Shown one piece after another: positions 25,596 through 38,570 of a DNA stretch of 59,477 nt. The stretch spans positions 1 to 59,477 of the forward strand of contig NW_021833095.1 of the NCBI RefSeq assembly GCF_006345805.1, written 5' to 3'. The position numbers were made by a program, and so were the translations under genes. This DNA comes from Octopus sinensis. Taxonomy: Eukaryota. Under the pieces are notes generated by a model, which worked only from the letters and a program-made list of their open reading frames with translations, made no database searches and was not told where the DNA came from. Every line of letters starts with the position of its first letter. Within the stretch, counting starts at the first letter, position 1.

Positions 25596-28500
25596 TCACT
25601 CCTTACTGATTGCCAAAAGACTTTTCGTGTAGCCATGATAGATATCAAGATATGCTTTTATGAAGCTGGAATGGTCATGTCAGGAATGCTGGTGATTATA
25701 AGACTATTCTGACTCAGGGTTAAACAACTATAACACCAGCTTTCATTCCTTACTGATTGCCAAAAGATTTTTCGTGTAGCCATGATGATATCAGATATGC
25801 TTTTATGAAGCTGGAATGGTCATGTCTGGAATGCTGGTGATTATAAGACTTTCTGACTCGGGGTAAACAACTATAGCCCACTTTCACTCCTTACTGATTG
25901 CTAAAAGATTTTTTGTGTACCATGATAGATATCAAGATATGCTTTTATGAAGCTGGAATGGTCATGTCAGGAATGCTGGTGATTAAAGACTATTCTGACT
26001 CAGGGTTACAACTATAACACCAGCTTTCATTCCTTACTGATTGCCAAAAGATTTTTCGTTTAGCCATGATAGATATCAGATATGCTTTTATGAAGCTGGA
26101 ATGGTCATGTGTCTGGAATGCTGGTGATTATAAGACTATTCTGACTCGGGGTTAAACAACTATAACAACAGCATTCACTCCTTACTGATCGCCAAAGATT
26201 TTTCGTGTAGCCATGATAGAGATCTCAAGATATGCTTTTTATAAAGCTGGAATGGTCATGTCTGAATGCTGGTGATTATAAGACTATCTGACTCGGGGTT
26301 AAACAACTATAGCACCAACTTTCACTCCTTACTGATTGCTAAAAGATTTTTTGTGTAGCCATGATAGATATCAAGATATGCTTTTATGAAGCTGGAATGG
26401 TCATGTCAGGAATGCTGGTGATTATAAGACTATTCTGACTCAGGGTTAAACAACTATAACACCAGCTTTCATTCCTTACTGATTGCCAAAAGATTTTTCG
26501 TGTAGCCATGATAGATATCAGATATGCTTTTATGAAGCTGGAATGGTCATGTCTGGAATGCTGGTGATTATAAGACTATTCTGACTCGGGGTTAAACAAC
26601 TATAACAACAGCATTCACTCCTTACTGATCGCCAAAAGATTTTTCGTGTAGCCATGATAGATATCAAGATATGCTTTTTATAAAGCTGGAATGGTCATGT
26701 CTGGAATGCTGGTGATTATAAGACTATTCTGACTCGGGGTTAAACAACTATAGCACCAACTTTCACTCCTTACTGATTGCTAAAAGATTTTTTGTGTAGC
26801 CATGATAGATATCAAGATATGCTTTTATGAAGCTGGAATGGTCATGTCAGGAATGCTGGTGATTATAAGACTATTCTGACTCAGGGTTAAACAACTATAA
26901 CACCAGCATTCATTCCTTACTGATTGCCAAAAGATTTTTCGTGTAGCCATGATAGATATCAGATATGCTTTTATGAAGCTGGAATGGTCATGTCAGGAAT
27001 GCTTGTGATTATAAGACTATTCTGACTCGGGGTTAAACAACTATAACAACAGCATTCACTCCTTACCGATCGCCAAAGATTTTTCGGTAGCCATGATAGA
27101 TATCAGATATGCTTTTATGAAGCTGGAATGTCATGTCTGGAATGCTGGTGATTATAAGACTATTCTGACTCAGGGTTAAACAACTATAGCACCAACTTTC
27201 ACTCCTTACTGATTGCTAAAAGATTTTTTGTGTAGCCATGGTAGATATCAGATATGCTTTTATAAAGCTGGAATGGTCATGTCTGGAATGCTGGTGATTA
27301 TAAGACTATTCTGACTTGGGGTTAAACAACTATAACACCAGTATTCACTCCTTACTGACTGATTGCCAAAAGATTTTTCGTGTAGCCATGATAGATTCAG
27401 ATATGCTTATAAAGCTGGAATGGTCTGTCTGAATGCTGGTGATTATAAAACTGTTCTGGTGGTCGGGGTTAAACAACTATAACACCAGTATTCACTCCTT
27501 ACTGATTGCCAAAAGATTTTTCGTGTAGCTATGATAGATATCAGATATGCTTTTAAAGCTGGAATGGTCATGTCTGGAATGCTGGTGATTATAAGACTAT
27601 TCTGGCTCGGGGTAAACAACTATAACACCAGCTTTCCATTCACTCCTTACTACTGATTGCTAAAAGATTTTTCGTGTAGCCATGATTATATCAGATATGC
27701 TTATGAAGCTGGAATGGTCATGTCAGGAATGCTGGTGATTATAAGACTATTCTGACTCAGGGTTAACCAACTATAACCACCAGCTTTTCATTCCTTACTG
27801 ATTGCCAAAAGATTTTTCGTGTAGCCATGATAGATATCAGATATGCTTTTATGAGCTGGAATGGTCATGTCTGGAATGCTGGTGATTATAGACTATTCTG
27901 ACTCGGTTAAACAACTATAACAACAGCATTCACTCCTTACTGATCGCCAAAAGATTTTTCGTGTAGCCATGATAGATATCAAGATATGCTTTTTATAAAG
28001 CTGGAATGGTCATGTCTGGAATGCTGGTGATATAAGACTATTCTGACTCGGGGTTAAACAACTATAGCACCAACTTTCACTCCTTACTGATTGCAAAAGA
28101 TTTTTTGTGTAGCCATGATAGATATCAAGATATGCTTTTATGAAGCTGGCAATGGTCATGTCAGGATGCTGGTGATTATAAGACTATTCTGACTCAGGTT
28201 AAACAACTATAACACCAGCATTCATTCCTTACTGATTGCCAAAAGATTTTTCGTGTAGCCATGATATATATTCATATATGCTTTTATGAAGCTGGAATGG
28301 TCATGTCAGGAATGCTTGTGATTATAAGACTATTCTGACTCGGGGTTAAACAACTATAACAACAGCATTCACTCCTTACTGATCGCCAAAAGATTTTTCG
28401 TGTAGCCATGATAGATATCAGATATGCTTTTATGAAGCTGGAATGGTCATGTCTGGAATGCTGGTGATTATAAGACTATTCTGACTCAGGGTTAAACAAC

Positions 28501-29103
28501 TATAGCACCAACTTTCACTCCTTACTGATTGCTAAAAGATTTTTTGTGTAGCCATGGTAGATATCAGATATGCTTTTATAAAGCTGGAATGGTCATGTCT
28601 GGAATGCTGGTGATTATAAGACTATTCTGACTTGGGGTTAAACAACTATAACACCAGTATTCACTCCTTACTGATTGCCAAAAGATTTTTCGTGTAGCCA
28701 TGATAGATATCAGATATGCTTTTATAAAGCTGGAATGGTCATGTCTGGAATGCTGGTGATTATAAAACTGTTCTGGGTCGGGGTTAAACAACTATAACAC
28801 CAGTATTCACTCCTTACTGATTGCCAAAAGATTTTTCGTGTAGCCATGATAGATATCAGATATGCTTTTATAAAGCTGGAATGGTCATGTCTGGAATGCT
28901 GGTGATTATAAGACTATTCTGGCTCGGGGTTAAACAACTAAAACACCAGCTTTCACTCCTTACTGATTGCTAAAAGATTTTTCGTGTAGCCATGATAGAT
29001 ATCAGATATGCTTTTATAAAGCTGGAATGGTCATGTCTGGAATGCTGGTGATTATAAGACTATTCTGACTCGGGGTTAAACAACAATAACACCAGCATTC
29101 ACT
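25596..29103 (+). repeat. 146-147-bp satellite array, 24 monomers, with higher-order structure
   Basis: ccttactgat at 25601, 25748 ... 28666, 28812, 28958. Monomer: cactccttactgattgccaaaagatttttcgtgtagccatgatagatatcagatatgcttttatgaagctggaatggtcatgtctggaatgctggtgattataagactattctgactcggggttaaacaactataacaccagcttt. Confidence 0.97.
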
Positions 29104-29764
29104 TTAGTTGACATTAAACCTTATTTCCTTACCATTGACGTCCATGTTGCATAATGTAGAAATCAATGGGAAAACGGTTTGCGTTGTGGAATTCCACTTT
29201 ATGGCAAGATTTTCAGGAATGCAATACTTCCGTAATGCAGAAGAGATGCCTATATTTTTATAGAAAACCATCCATAATAGTTATTGAAATATTGATTTCT
29301 AACATAGGCACAAGGTCTCTTACTTCATATTTAGGAGGAAGAGGTTTGTTGAGTTTATTGATTCCAGCCCCCTTCTTTTTCCCCTGCTGACACTTGACTG
29401 TGTGACTTCTACGTCATGCTTCCGAAGCATAAAAAGAAAGGCTTAAAGAAACGAGACCTCGGCTGGATTTGAAATCAGATGCGATGAGCTATTTACTGAA
29501 TGCAGACAGACTACAGTGGCATCTTTCTTCTTTGCCTGTCATTCTGTGTACATTGATTATTACACCAATATCACCAGCCTTTTAGAGAGGGAAATGTTCA
29601 CATTCAGTATGGTAGTGCTCTTTCTCTCTCTCTCTCTCTCTTTCTCTCTTTGAATGTGTGTGTGTATGTGTATATATATATATATATATTATATACACAC
29701 ACACACACACATATATATCTACTGTACTTCCTAAAATTTGGATGCACAAAAGTGTCTGAAATTT

Positions 29765-29905
29765 TGTGGTTCAACCGGTGTCTGGGAAGCCAGAAGGCTG
29801 CTCCAGTCTGATCTGACAATTTCTACAGCTGGATGCCCTTCCTAATGCCAACCCCTACGTGAGTGTAGTGGGTGCTTTTTACGTGCCACTGGCACAGGAG
29901 CCAGA
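29765..29905 (-). mobile_element. Family C internal fragment
   Basis: gtctgggaagccagaaggctgc...ctggatgcccttcctaatgccaacc...gtgctttttacgtgccactggcac. Confidence 0.8.
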
Positions 29906-30099
29906 TCATAATCCATCATATCCATGCTCACACACACACATATACATATGTGTATTCATATGTATATAAAGATATATATATATACATATATATATATATG
30001 TGTGTGTGTATGTATATATATATATATGTGTGTATATATATATGTGTGTGTGTATGTATTATATGTGTGTATATATATATGTGTGTGTATATATTAAAA

Positions 30100-30137
<38 letters not shown>

Positions 30138-30210
30138 TATAATTAGGGCTAAGAGGGTTATATATATATATATATTATATATATAATATATATATAAAGA
30201 TATATATGTA

Positions 30211-30343
30211 TGTGGAGGCTGAATGGCCCAGTGGTTAGGCCAGCGGAGTGGCGTCATTTGAAAGCTAAAACAATGTGAAGCGCATTGTGACCAGCGATGT
30301 GTAACAACATCTGATAGCCTGGTCGGTCACGTGATCACATGAT
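30211..30343 (+). mobile_element. Internally deleted SINE with a family E-like head, inside (TA)n
   Basis: tgtggaggctgaatggcccagtggttagg resembles the family E head. B box is absent and the 3' part differs. Confidence 0.55.
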
Positions 30344-30355
30344 ATATCTATATAT

Positions 30356-30386
<31 letters not shown>

Positions 30387-30778
30387 TATATTATATATAC
30401 ACACACACAAATTTGTGTCTGTATTTGCAACTAATATTTCTCTCTACAAGCCTTGTGTGTCTGTATGTCCTGTGCGTCTCTCCATTTCCATCTGATCAAG
30501 ATAGATTTGGCAGTCTGTCAAGTCTTGTGGTGAATGTTGAAGCAAAGGAATTTGCAGTTGTGCCTACACTGTGCAGCAACATCATTTTCATCATCACCAC
30601 CACCACTACCACCACCACCATTATCATCCCAATCGTCATCATCGTTTATAAGTTTTTGACTTCTGTCTTACTAAGATAATTCCATATATTATACAACTTT
30701 TTATCTGCATACACACACTCATACATACACACACATTCATATGTGTACATTATGTGTGTATAAATGTATAAATAAATA

Positions 30779-30809
<31 letters not shown>

Positions 30810-31721
30810 ATAGACACACACATACATACAAACATATTTAAATGTATGGACACACATACATAGAAACACCTCTCTCTCTATATATATGTGTGTGTGTGTA
30901 TATGTTTGTGTGAGTATATATATGCGTGTGTGTGTATATATATATATGTGTGTGTGTGCATCTATATGTGTGTCTATGTCGATATGTATGTATATATGTG
31001 TGTATGTATGTGCATATATATGTGTGTGCATGTATGTATAAATATATGTATATGTGTGTATATATATATATGTATGTGTGCGTATGTATATATACACATA
31101 TGCACACACACACACACATCACTGATGATCAATATTCTTCAATTCTTTCTAATAGGTTTAGTTTTTTTTCTTCTTCTTTCTCCTCAAATCCTTTCCTTTC
31201 CCACACCCACCCCCTCTCTCTACTAATTCTACATAATATACAGATACAACAGGTGAATTCTTTCATATACTTATTATTTTTTTACCTTGTTTGATTTTTC
31301 TGTGTTCCTTTCTGTATCTCTGTATCTTGTTCTCTTTCTCTCTCCCTCTCTCTCTCTCTCTCTCTTTCGCTGCAGTATATGCAATTGAACTTGCGTATTT
31401 ATTAACTCATGTACAGAACTGATTCTGACATGCGTTTTTTATTATCACACACTCGCACATAAATATGCATGTGTGTTGTATATATATATATATATATATA
31501 TACATAATATATATATATGCACATCAATATGTATGCATATGCAAGTTTGTGTACACACAAATACACCAACACGCACACTCATATATATATACATATATAT
31601 ATATATACATATAATATATATACACATATATACATATATATACAATATATAATACATATATATATATAATATATATATTACATATATACACATATATATA
31701 TACATATAATATATATATACC

Positions 31722-31761
<40 letters not shown>

Positions 31762-31921
31762 TACATTTATCACAACTCAAATGCTTGTAAGGATCTTGAT
31801 ATTTTCTCAGCATATACATATGTACATAACATGCTTGCATGTCAATACATGTGCACATATACATACATACATACATACACACACATACTCCTTTTTTTTT
31901 CTTCTCCCTCTGTTTCCTGCT

Positions 31922-31952
<31 letters not shown>

Positions 31953-32783
31953 TATGCACACACATATAGTTATGCATGCACAGAAACACACCAAGGTTTG
32001 AAGAGAAGCTCGGTTAAAAACAGCGCTATTAATTAAATGTAAGTCACGTTGCTCTTTTCGCATCGAGACCCAATCCCCCCCCCCCCACGACCGCACCACC
32101 CGCCACTCAGAGTCGTCATCGTCGTCACCATCAACCACCACCACCACCGCTAGATTTTGAACCAATTACAGCCTATTCATAGTCAGTGTATCTCACCTAA
32201 TTTACTTACTGCTTCAAGTCCATGACCAAAGAGGTTGTGTGTAATTATCTGCAGTCGGTGCATATTCTGTAATTTCTCTACATACATAAAAGTTAGCAGG
32301 TGCTCTTTAGTGTTGAAGTTGTTAGTAGTAGTAGTGTTGGGTGTGTGGGTGGGGGTGGTGTAGCAAAGATGTTTTTTTTTTTTTTTTTTAGTAAGATGAG
32401 GATGACAGGCTAGTGTTGTGTTGTGAGGTGGGGTGCGGTGGGGTATTGTGATATTTTACACTTTTTCCTCTTTTTTTTCTGTTCTTTTCTTTTTCGTTTT
32501 TTTTTTTTTGCTTTTGTAAATTGTTTTTCCAATATTAATTCTTTTTTTAGCCATCATTATTATTATTATCGTTTTTTTTTATTATTTTGGTTTTCAAAAG
32601 CTATATAAATATATACGTGTGTATGTATGTACGTATGTATATGCATATGTATGTATACATGAGTATGTGTGTATATATGTGTATGTGTATATATATTTGT
32701 GTGTGTGTATACAAATATATATATATGTGTGTGTGTATATATACATATATATATTATATATATATGTATGTGAGTATACACCA

Positions 32784-32815
<32 letters not shown>

Positions 32816-33394
32816 GTCTTTCCTTCTACTAGTGTCCTCCATTAATCAAACAAGATTGTTGGGCAGGTGGGGAGCAATAGTGTATATAGTCTTGTATATA
32901 TAAGCATTGTTATTTTGTTGTTTTTGAAATTGTATCAATGTATACACATGTATGTATGTGTGATTTATCGATGTATATATTTATACATACACATACACAA
33001 TATAATCTTGGTTTCGTTACATTTGCATATGTGTTTGTACAGAACTGTGCATGTGTGTGTGTATATATATATGTGTGAGTGTGTGTATAAATATATAGTT
33101 TTTGAATAACATTTATTATGTGTATAAATGAAGAAATAGGTGTTTACAATTTTGCTATTTTAGTACTTTTGCTGCCGAATTTAATTATGCTGTTGCCTAG
33201 ATTTTTTTTATGCATACATGTATTTGCATATCTGTATGTGTGTGTTTGTTATACATGTATACATACATGCATTGTGTGTCCTTCGAGAATGAGTTTGTGT
33301 TTCTGCAAGTGTTTGTACACATTTAAAAATAGTATATTTCTCTGAAATACATGTTTTCATTGTATTGAAATATATTTCAAAAATAGAAGAGAAT

Positions 33395-33439
33395 CTAATA
33401 ATTTTCTTTTTGTTTTTCTTTCTCTCTTTGTAGGTAAGT
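33395..33439 (+). promoter_or_regulatory. Candidate recursive splice site (ratchet point): juxtaposed 3' and 5' splice sites
   Basis: CTAAT branch-point motif at 33395-33399, AG-free pyrimidine tract ttttctttttgtttttctttctctctttg (33402-33430), TAG (33431-33433), then the perfect donor GTAAGT (33434-33439). Lies in non-repetitive sequence. Confidence 0.65.
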
Positions 33440-33714
33440 TGGAATGAAATCTGTGTTTACTACAATAATGGTTTCTCCCGAATGTATACAGAATGTAAAG
33501 GATTGCAATTGGCACCAATTTTAAGACAGCGTGACCAATATAAAGGAAAGGGCTGTTGCAGTGATTTGTGAGTAAAATGGAATTTAGATGGAGGATGAGT
33601 GATAAGAAAGTAAGAACTACTCCAAGGTCTACTAGGCAATATCTACCAGAAGAGGTTATTTGTTTTGTGGGTGTGTGTATGTGTGTATATATATTCTTTT
33701 ATTCTTTTGTTTGC

Positions 33715-34148
33715 ACCCTGTAAAAAGCACCCAGTCCACTCTGTAAAGTGGTTGGCATTAGGAAGGGCATCAAGCCATAGAAGCCATGCCAAAGTGGACA
33801 GCAGAGCTCAGCACAACCCTCTGGTTGATCAGATCCTGTCAAACCAGATGCCTTCGTGGAAAACAGACCTTAAATGATGACGATGATGTCTCTCTTTATC
33901 ATACATTGGCAGAAAGCCAAGGGTATTTGTCTTGCAAGTTACTTGGGGATCTCACTAGTGCTGGTACCATGTGAAAAGCACCCAGTCCACTCTGTAAAGT
34001 GGTTTGGTATTAGAAGGGCATACAGCCATAGAAACCATGCCAAGATAGACAAATAGTGCCTGAGCAACTCTGCAGCCGGCCAGCCCCTTTCAAACTGTCC
34101 AACCCATACCAACATCATGGGAAATAGACATTAGATGATGATGATGAT
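33715..34148 (+). mobile_element. Two tandem old family C-related copies, each ending in (GAT)n
   Basis: aaaagcacccagtccactctgtaaagtggtt at ~33723 and ~33974. Tails taaatgatgacgatgatg and ttagatgatgatgatgatg. Confidence 0.75.
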
Positions 34149-34149
34149 G

Positions 34150-34302
34150 GTGCATGGCTCAGTGGTTAGAGCATTGGGTTCACAATCAGGAGGTAGTGAG
34201 TTCAGTTCTCAGACCATGTTGTGTTCTTGAGCAAGACACTTTATTTCACGTTGCTCCAGTTCACTCAGCTGTAGAAAAGAGTTGTGACATCACTGGTGCC
34301 AA
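34150..34302 (+). mobile_element. Family D-type SINE, 5' half (tRNA head and CORE-like segment)
   Basis: A box tggctcagtggttagagc, B box gagttcagttc, then tcttgagcaagacactttatttcacgttgctccagttcactcagctg. Confidence 0.8.
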
Positions 34303-34426
34303 TCGATCCCGAAAGGATGAAAGGCAAAGTCTACTTCGGTGGAATTTGAACTCAGAACGTAGTGGCAGACGAAATACTGCTGAGCATTTTGCCTGGCGTG
34401 CTAACGATTCTGCCAGCTCGCTGCCT
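34303..34426 (-). mobile_element. Family B SINE, 5' half
   Basis: tcgatcccgaaaggatgaaaggcaaagtc...ggaatttgaactcagaacg...gctaacgattctgccagctcgctgcctt. Confidence 0.85.
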
Positions 34427-34530
34427 TTCTTTTCCTGTTTCTATCTATCAAATCAATTCAGATGGTTTTGACTGGCCTGGGGCTATAGCAGAAGGTACTT
34501 GGCGGGAGTCTTGAAATGGGACTGAACCAG

Positions 34531-34788
34531 AAGTTAAGTTAAGTTAAGTTAAGTTAAGTTAAGTTAATTTTTTGGCTCAAAAAGCAAAAAGCAAGGCCAT
34601 GTAGGGGGACAGGGAGTTATGTACAGGAAAGGTGTTCATACAAAGAGTTCAGGCCATTTCTGGTCAAGAGAGACCTTGAACCGAGCAGTCGTCAGCATCT
34701 TTACTATTTCGTCTGGCAGCTTATTCCACAGATCTGCAACCCGGACGGAGAAAGCCCCTCTCCTTCGATTGAGATGAAATCGTTGCAG
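34531..34788 (-). mobile_element. 5'-truncated CR1-clade LINE 3' end with (AACTT)n tail, inserted in an old family A SINE head
   Basis: Minus strand encodes ...RFHLNRRRGAFSVRVADLWNKLPDEIVKMLTTARFKVSLDQKWPELFV*, the same family as 41750-42103. The host SINE reads ...gggactgaaccag|insert|gaagcaaaattcttaaccacac. Confidence 0.9.
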
Positions 34789-35006
34789 GAAGCAAAATTC
34801 TTAACCACACAACCATACTTGTGGTTCAAGCTTTAATCAGCCTTTGCCTTTTCCTTGGATGGCATCAGTGGTGCAGAGAGGAGAGGCTGGTATGCATGGG
34901 CAATTGCTGGCCTTCCATAAAACAGAGCCTTACCCAGACTTGAGCTTCAGAGGGGAACTCTATATGCGCAATCCCGTGGTCATTCATAACCGAAGGAGGT
35001 CTTTAC

Positions 35007-35046
<40 letters not shown>

Positions 35047-35512
35047 CATACACAGTCACATGAACACTCAAAGGTTCAATTTTGGCTTTTAATTCAACAA
35101 TAAATCTAGCCATGCAAATCCCTTCACCTTTCTCTCCACTTCCTCTCTCAATCACTCATCTCATAACACTGCCCCCACCCCGCTCTCTCTCTCTCTGTCT
35201 CCCTATTTTCTGTTATATTCAGCCCTTTCGTCCTTCACCCTTTCCTGTCTAGCAACATTCCACAACACCTCCCTAATACACATCCCTTCACAAGCTATAA
35301 CTCATTCCAAACCAAATATGATTATGTAATGTTTTTGTCACTCCTTCTGCCTCTGCCTCCACCACTCACTCTCCACCACTCTCTCTCTCTCTCCCCATAC
35401 ATATACACCCATAAATCCATCTACACTCTTACACACAGTTATCAATCTCTCTCTCTGCCTCACACACCTATAAATGCACACATGACATGTACAAACACAC
35501 ACAAACTTGCAC

Positions 35513-35545
<33 letters not shown>

Positions 35546-35593
35546 CATACACATATATACATACACATATATATATATACACACACATCTATA

Positions 35594-35655
<62 letters not shown>

Positions 35656-35685
35656 CATTATAAATATATACATACGTATATATAC

Positions 35686-35741
<56 letters not shown>

Positions 35742-36224
35742 TGTGTTAGTCTCTTTCACCATCTCTCTATTTCTCTCTCTCCCTTTGCTCATGCACTCAC
35801 CTACACATGCAGGCATATGCACACACCTATACAAGCATGCACAAATACACACACACACACACACACACACACAAAACTTTCATGCCAGTTTCTCCCTCCC
35901 CTTCTTGCACTCACTACTTCTCTCTCTCTCCTCTACCTCTCCCTCTTCACACATGCATACACATAGAAAATGCCAATCCATGATGCACAGACTACAAACG
36001 CACAACTGCCCGTACAAACACATACACATACAACACACACACACATACACACACACACACACACATACACATATACAAATACAGACCTAGACACGAAGCT
36101 GGAGACTAAAGCTTTATCCATTCTGTGTTTTTGGTAAACTAAATACAACTCAGTTATGTCATTACTGCTGTTGAATCTAATATTATCCTTTTGTTTACTC
36201 CAGCCTCCTCCTCTTCATCATCAC

Positions 36225-36602
36225 CATTGTTGTTATTATCATTATTATTATTATTATTGTTATTGTTATTGTTATTGTTATTATTATTATTATTATTGTT
36301 ATTATTATTATCATTATTATCATTATTATTATTATTATAATTATTATTATTATAATTATTATTATTATTGTTATTGTTATTATTGTTATTATTATTATTA
36401 TTATGATTAATATTTATTATTATTATTATTATGATTATCGTTATTATTTTTACTATTATTATTATTATTGTTATTATTATTACTATTACTATTACTATTA
36501 TTATTATTATTATTATATCATTATTATTATTATATTATTATTATTGTTATTATTATTATTGCTATTATTGTTATTATTATTAATCGTGATTAATTATTAT
36601 TA

Positions 36603-36636
<34 letters not shown>

Positions 36637-36640
36637 AATC
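36225..36640. repeat. (ATT)n/(TTG)n trinucleotide microsatellite
   Basis: Direct reading of the sequence. Confidence 0.95.
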
Positions 36641-36959
36641 GTTATTTGCATTACTGCAGTGTGTGTAGTTTGTTTGTGTGCCGCGACATTCAGTTATTTC
36701 CCCTCCACCCCACCCCACACCACTCACTCTGAACCATCCACCCTTGTCTCCTCACGCAACCATTCCTGCCCCTGCAAGCCTGTGCGCTCTCCCTTTTCTC
36801 TCCTCTAGCAACCCCCCCCCACATTGGAAACACTTCAATCTCTGCCATTTTATGCCATCTCTCATTACGGTAAAAATTGCCCTTCAAGAGATATCCATCG
36901 ACAGAATAAATAACTGGTGACAGAATTTCTCTCTCGTCTCTCACACTCACCTTTGTCAT

Positions 36960-36995
36960 TCTATCAGTCTATCTAACTATCCATGTATCTATCTA

Positions 36996-37044
<49 letters not shown>

Positions 37045-37550
37045 ATATCTATCTTTCTATATCTAACTATCTATCTTTCTATATATCTATCTATCTATCT
37101 GTCTGTCTGTCTATCTCTCTGTCTATGTTTATCTATATATCTATCTCTCTCTGTTCACCTATCTATCTATCTGTCTGTCTGTCTATCTTTTATATCTCTC
37201 TATGTATATATGTATCTATATAATATATATATCTACCTACCTATCCATCTATCTATCTATCTGTCTATATATCTATCTTTCTATATCTCTCTATGTATAT
37301 ATATATATATATATATATCTACCTATCCATCTATCTATCTATCTGTCTATATATCTATCTTTCTATATCTCTCTATGTATATATATATATATATATCTAC
37401 CTACCTATCCATCTATCTATCTATCTGTCTATGTATGTATGTATGTATCTATTTATCTATCAAGTCGCCTAACTATCTGTCCATCCATCCATCCATCCAT
37501 CCATCCAAACCCACCTACCTACCTACCTACATACCTACCTACCTACCTAC

Positions 37551-37590
<40 letters not shown>
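36960..37590. repeat. (CTAT)n/(CTGT)n/(CCAT)n/(CCTA)n compound array with ~3 copies of a ~85-90-bp super-unit
   Basis: tatatctctctatgtatata recurs at ~37191, 37282 and 37364. Confidence 0.9.
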
Positions 37591-38057
37591 GCGTCTCTTA
37601 CAAAATTCCGTTTCATTTTCATCTCTTTTTCTCGTTCTCTCACCATCTCTCCCTCTCTTTTATTTTCACTTTTCCCCTTATCCATTTTCCATTCTCTTCT
37701 CTCTGACACATACAACAACCACACTCAAACATCACATAAACACTTAAACACACTGCATCGTATTACACACACACATATTTATACACACACACACACACAC
37801 ACATACACACACATATTTATACATACATACATGCATACATATAATGTCCAACTGAAAGTAGGTTCTCCCGTCTTTCTTTCAATTTTCACATCTCTCCTTC
37901 ATTCTCTTTCTCTCTTTCAACCTCTCTCCTTCCTCTGTTTATATCTTCTCCTCTCTCTCTTATTCCCCTTATTCTTCTTTCCTTTCTTTTCTTCTCTGTT
38001 CATTTTCCTACCTTTTTTTGTCTCACTCTCCCCTCCACTCATTCTCTCATCCTTATC

Positions 38058-38091
<34 letters not shown>

Positions 38092-38139
38092 TAACTTTAC
38101 CTTTCTACTTCTTTCTCTGCCTTATAAATCGTTCTACCT

Positions 38140-38449
38140 TTCTGCTACCCTCTCATTTTCCATCTCTTACTCACACCCAGTCTCTCTATCTCTCTCCTAT
38201 CCTCTCCCTGCTACCCTCTCATTTTCCATCTCTTACACCCAGTCTCTCTCTATCTCTCTCTTCCTATCCTCTCCTCTCCCTGCTACCCTCTCATTTTCCA
38301 TCTCTTACTCACACTCAGTCTCTCTCTCTCTCCTATCCTCTCCCTGCAACCTTCTCATTTTCCATCTCTTATTCACACCCAGTTTCTCTCTCTCTCTCTT
38401 TCCTATCCTCTCTCTGCTACCCTCTCATTTTCCATATCTTTCTCACACC

Positions 38450-38488
<39 letters not shown>

Positions 38489-38570
38489 CATCTCCCTGCT
38501 ACCCTCTCATTTTCCATCTCTTACTCACACCCATTCTCTCTCTCTCTCTCTCCTATCCTCTCCTCTCTCC
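38140..38570. repeat. ~60-80-bp pyrimidine-rich minisatellite, ~6 units
   Basis: ctgctaccctctcattttccatctcttac recurs at ~38142, 38208, 38280, 38344, 38414 and 38496. Confidence 0.9.

Noticed and set aside
25596-29103. Regular array as a CRISPR or tandem retrozyme locus
   Set aside because: Monomers are near-identical along their whole length with no unique spacers, the DNA is eukaryotic, and I found no CUGANGA...GAAA core on either strand.
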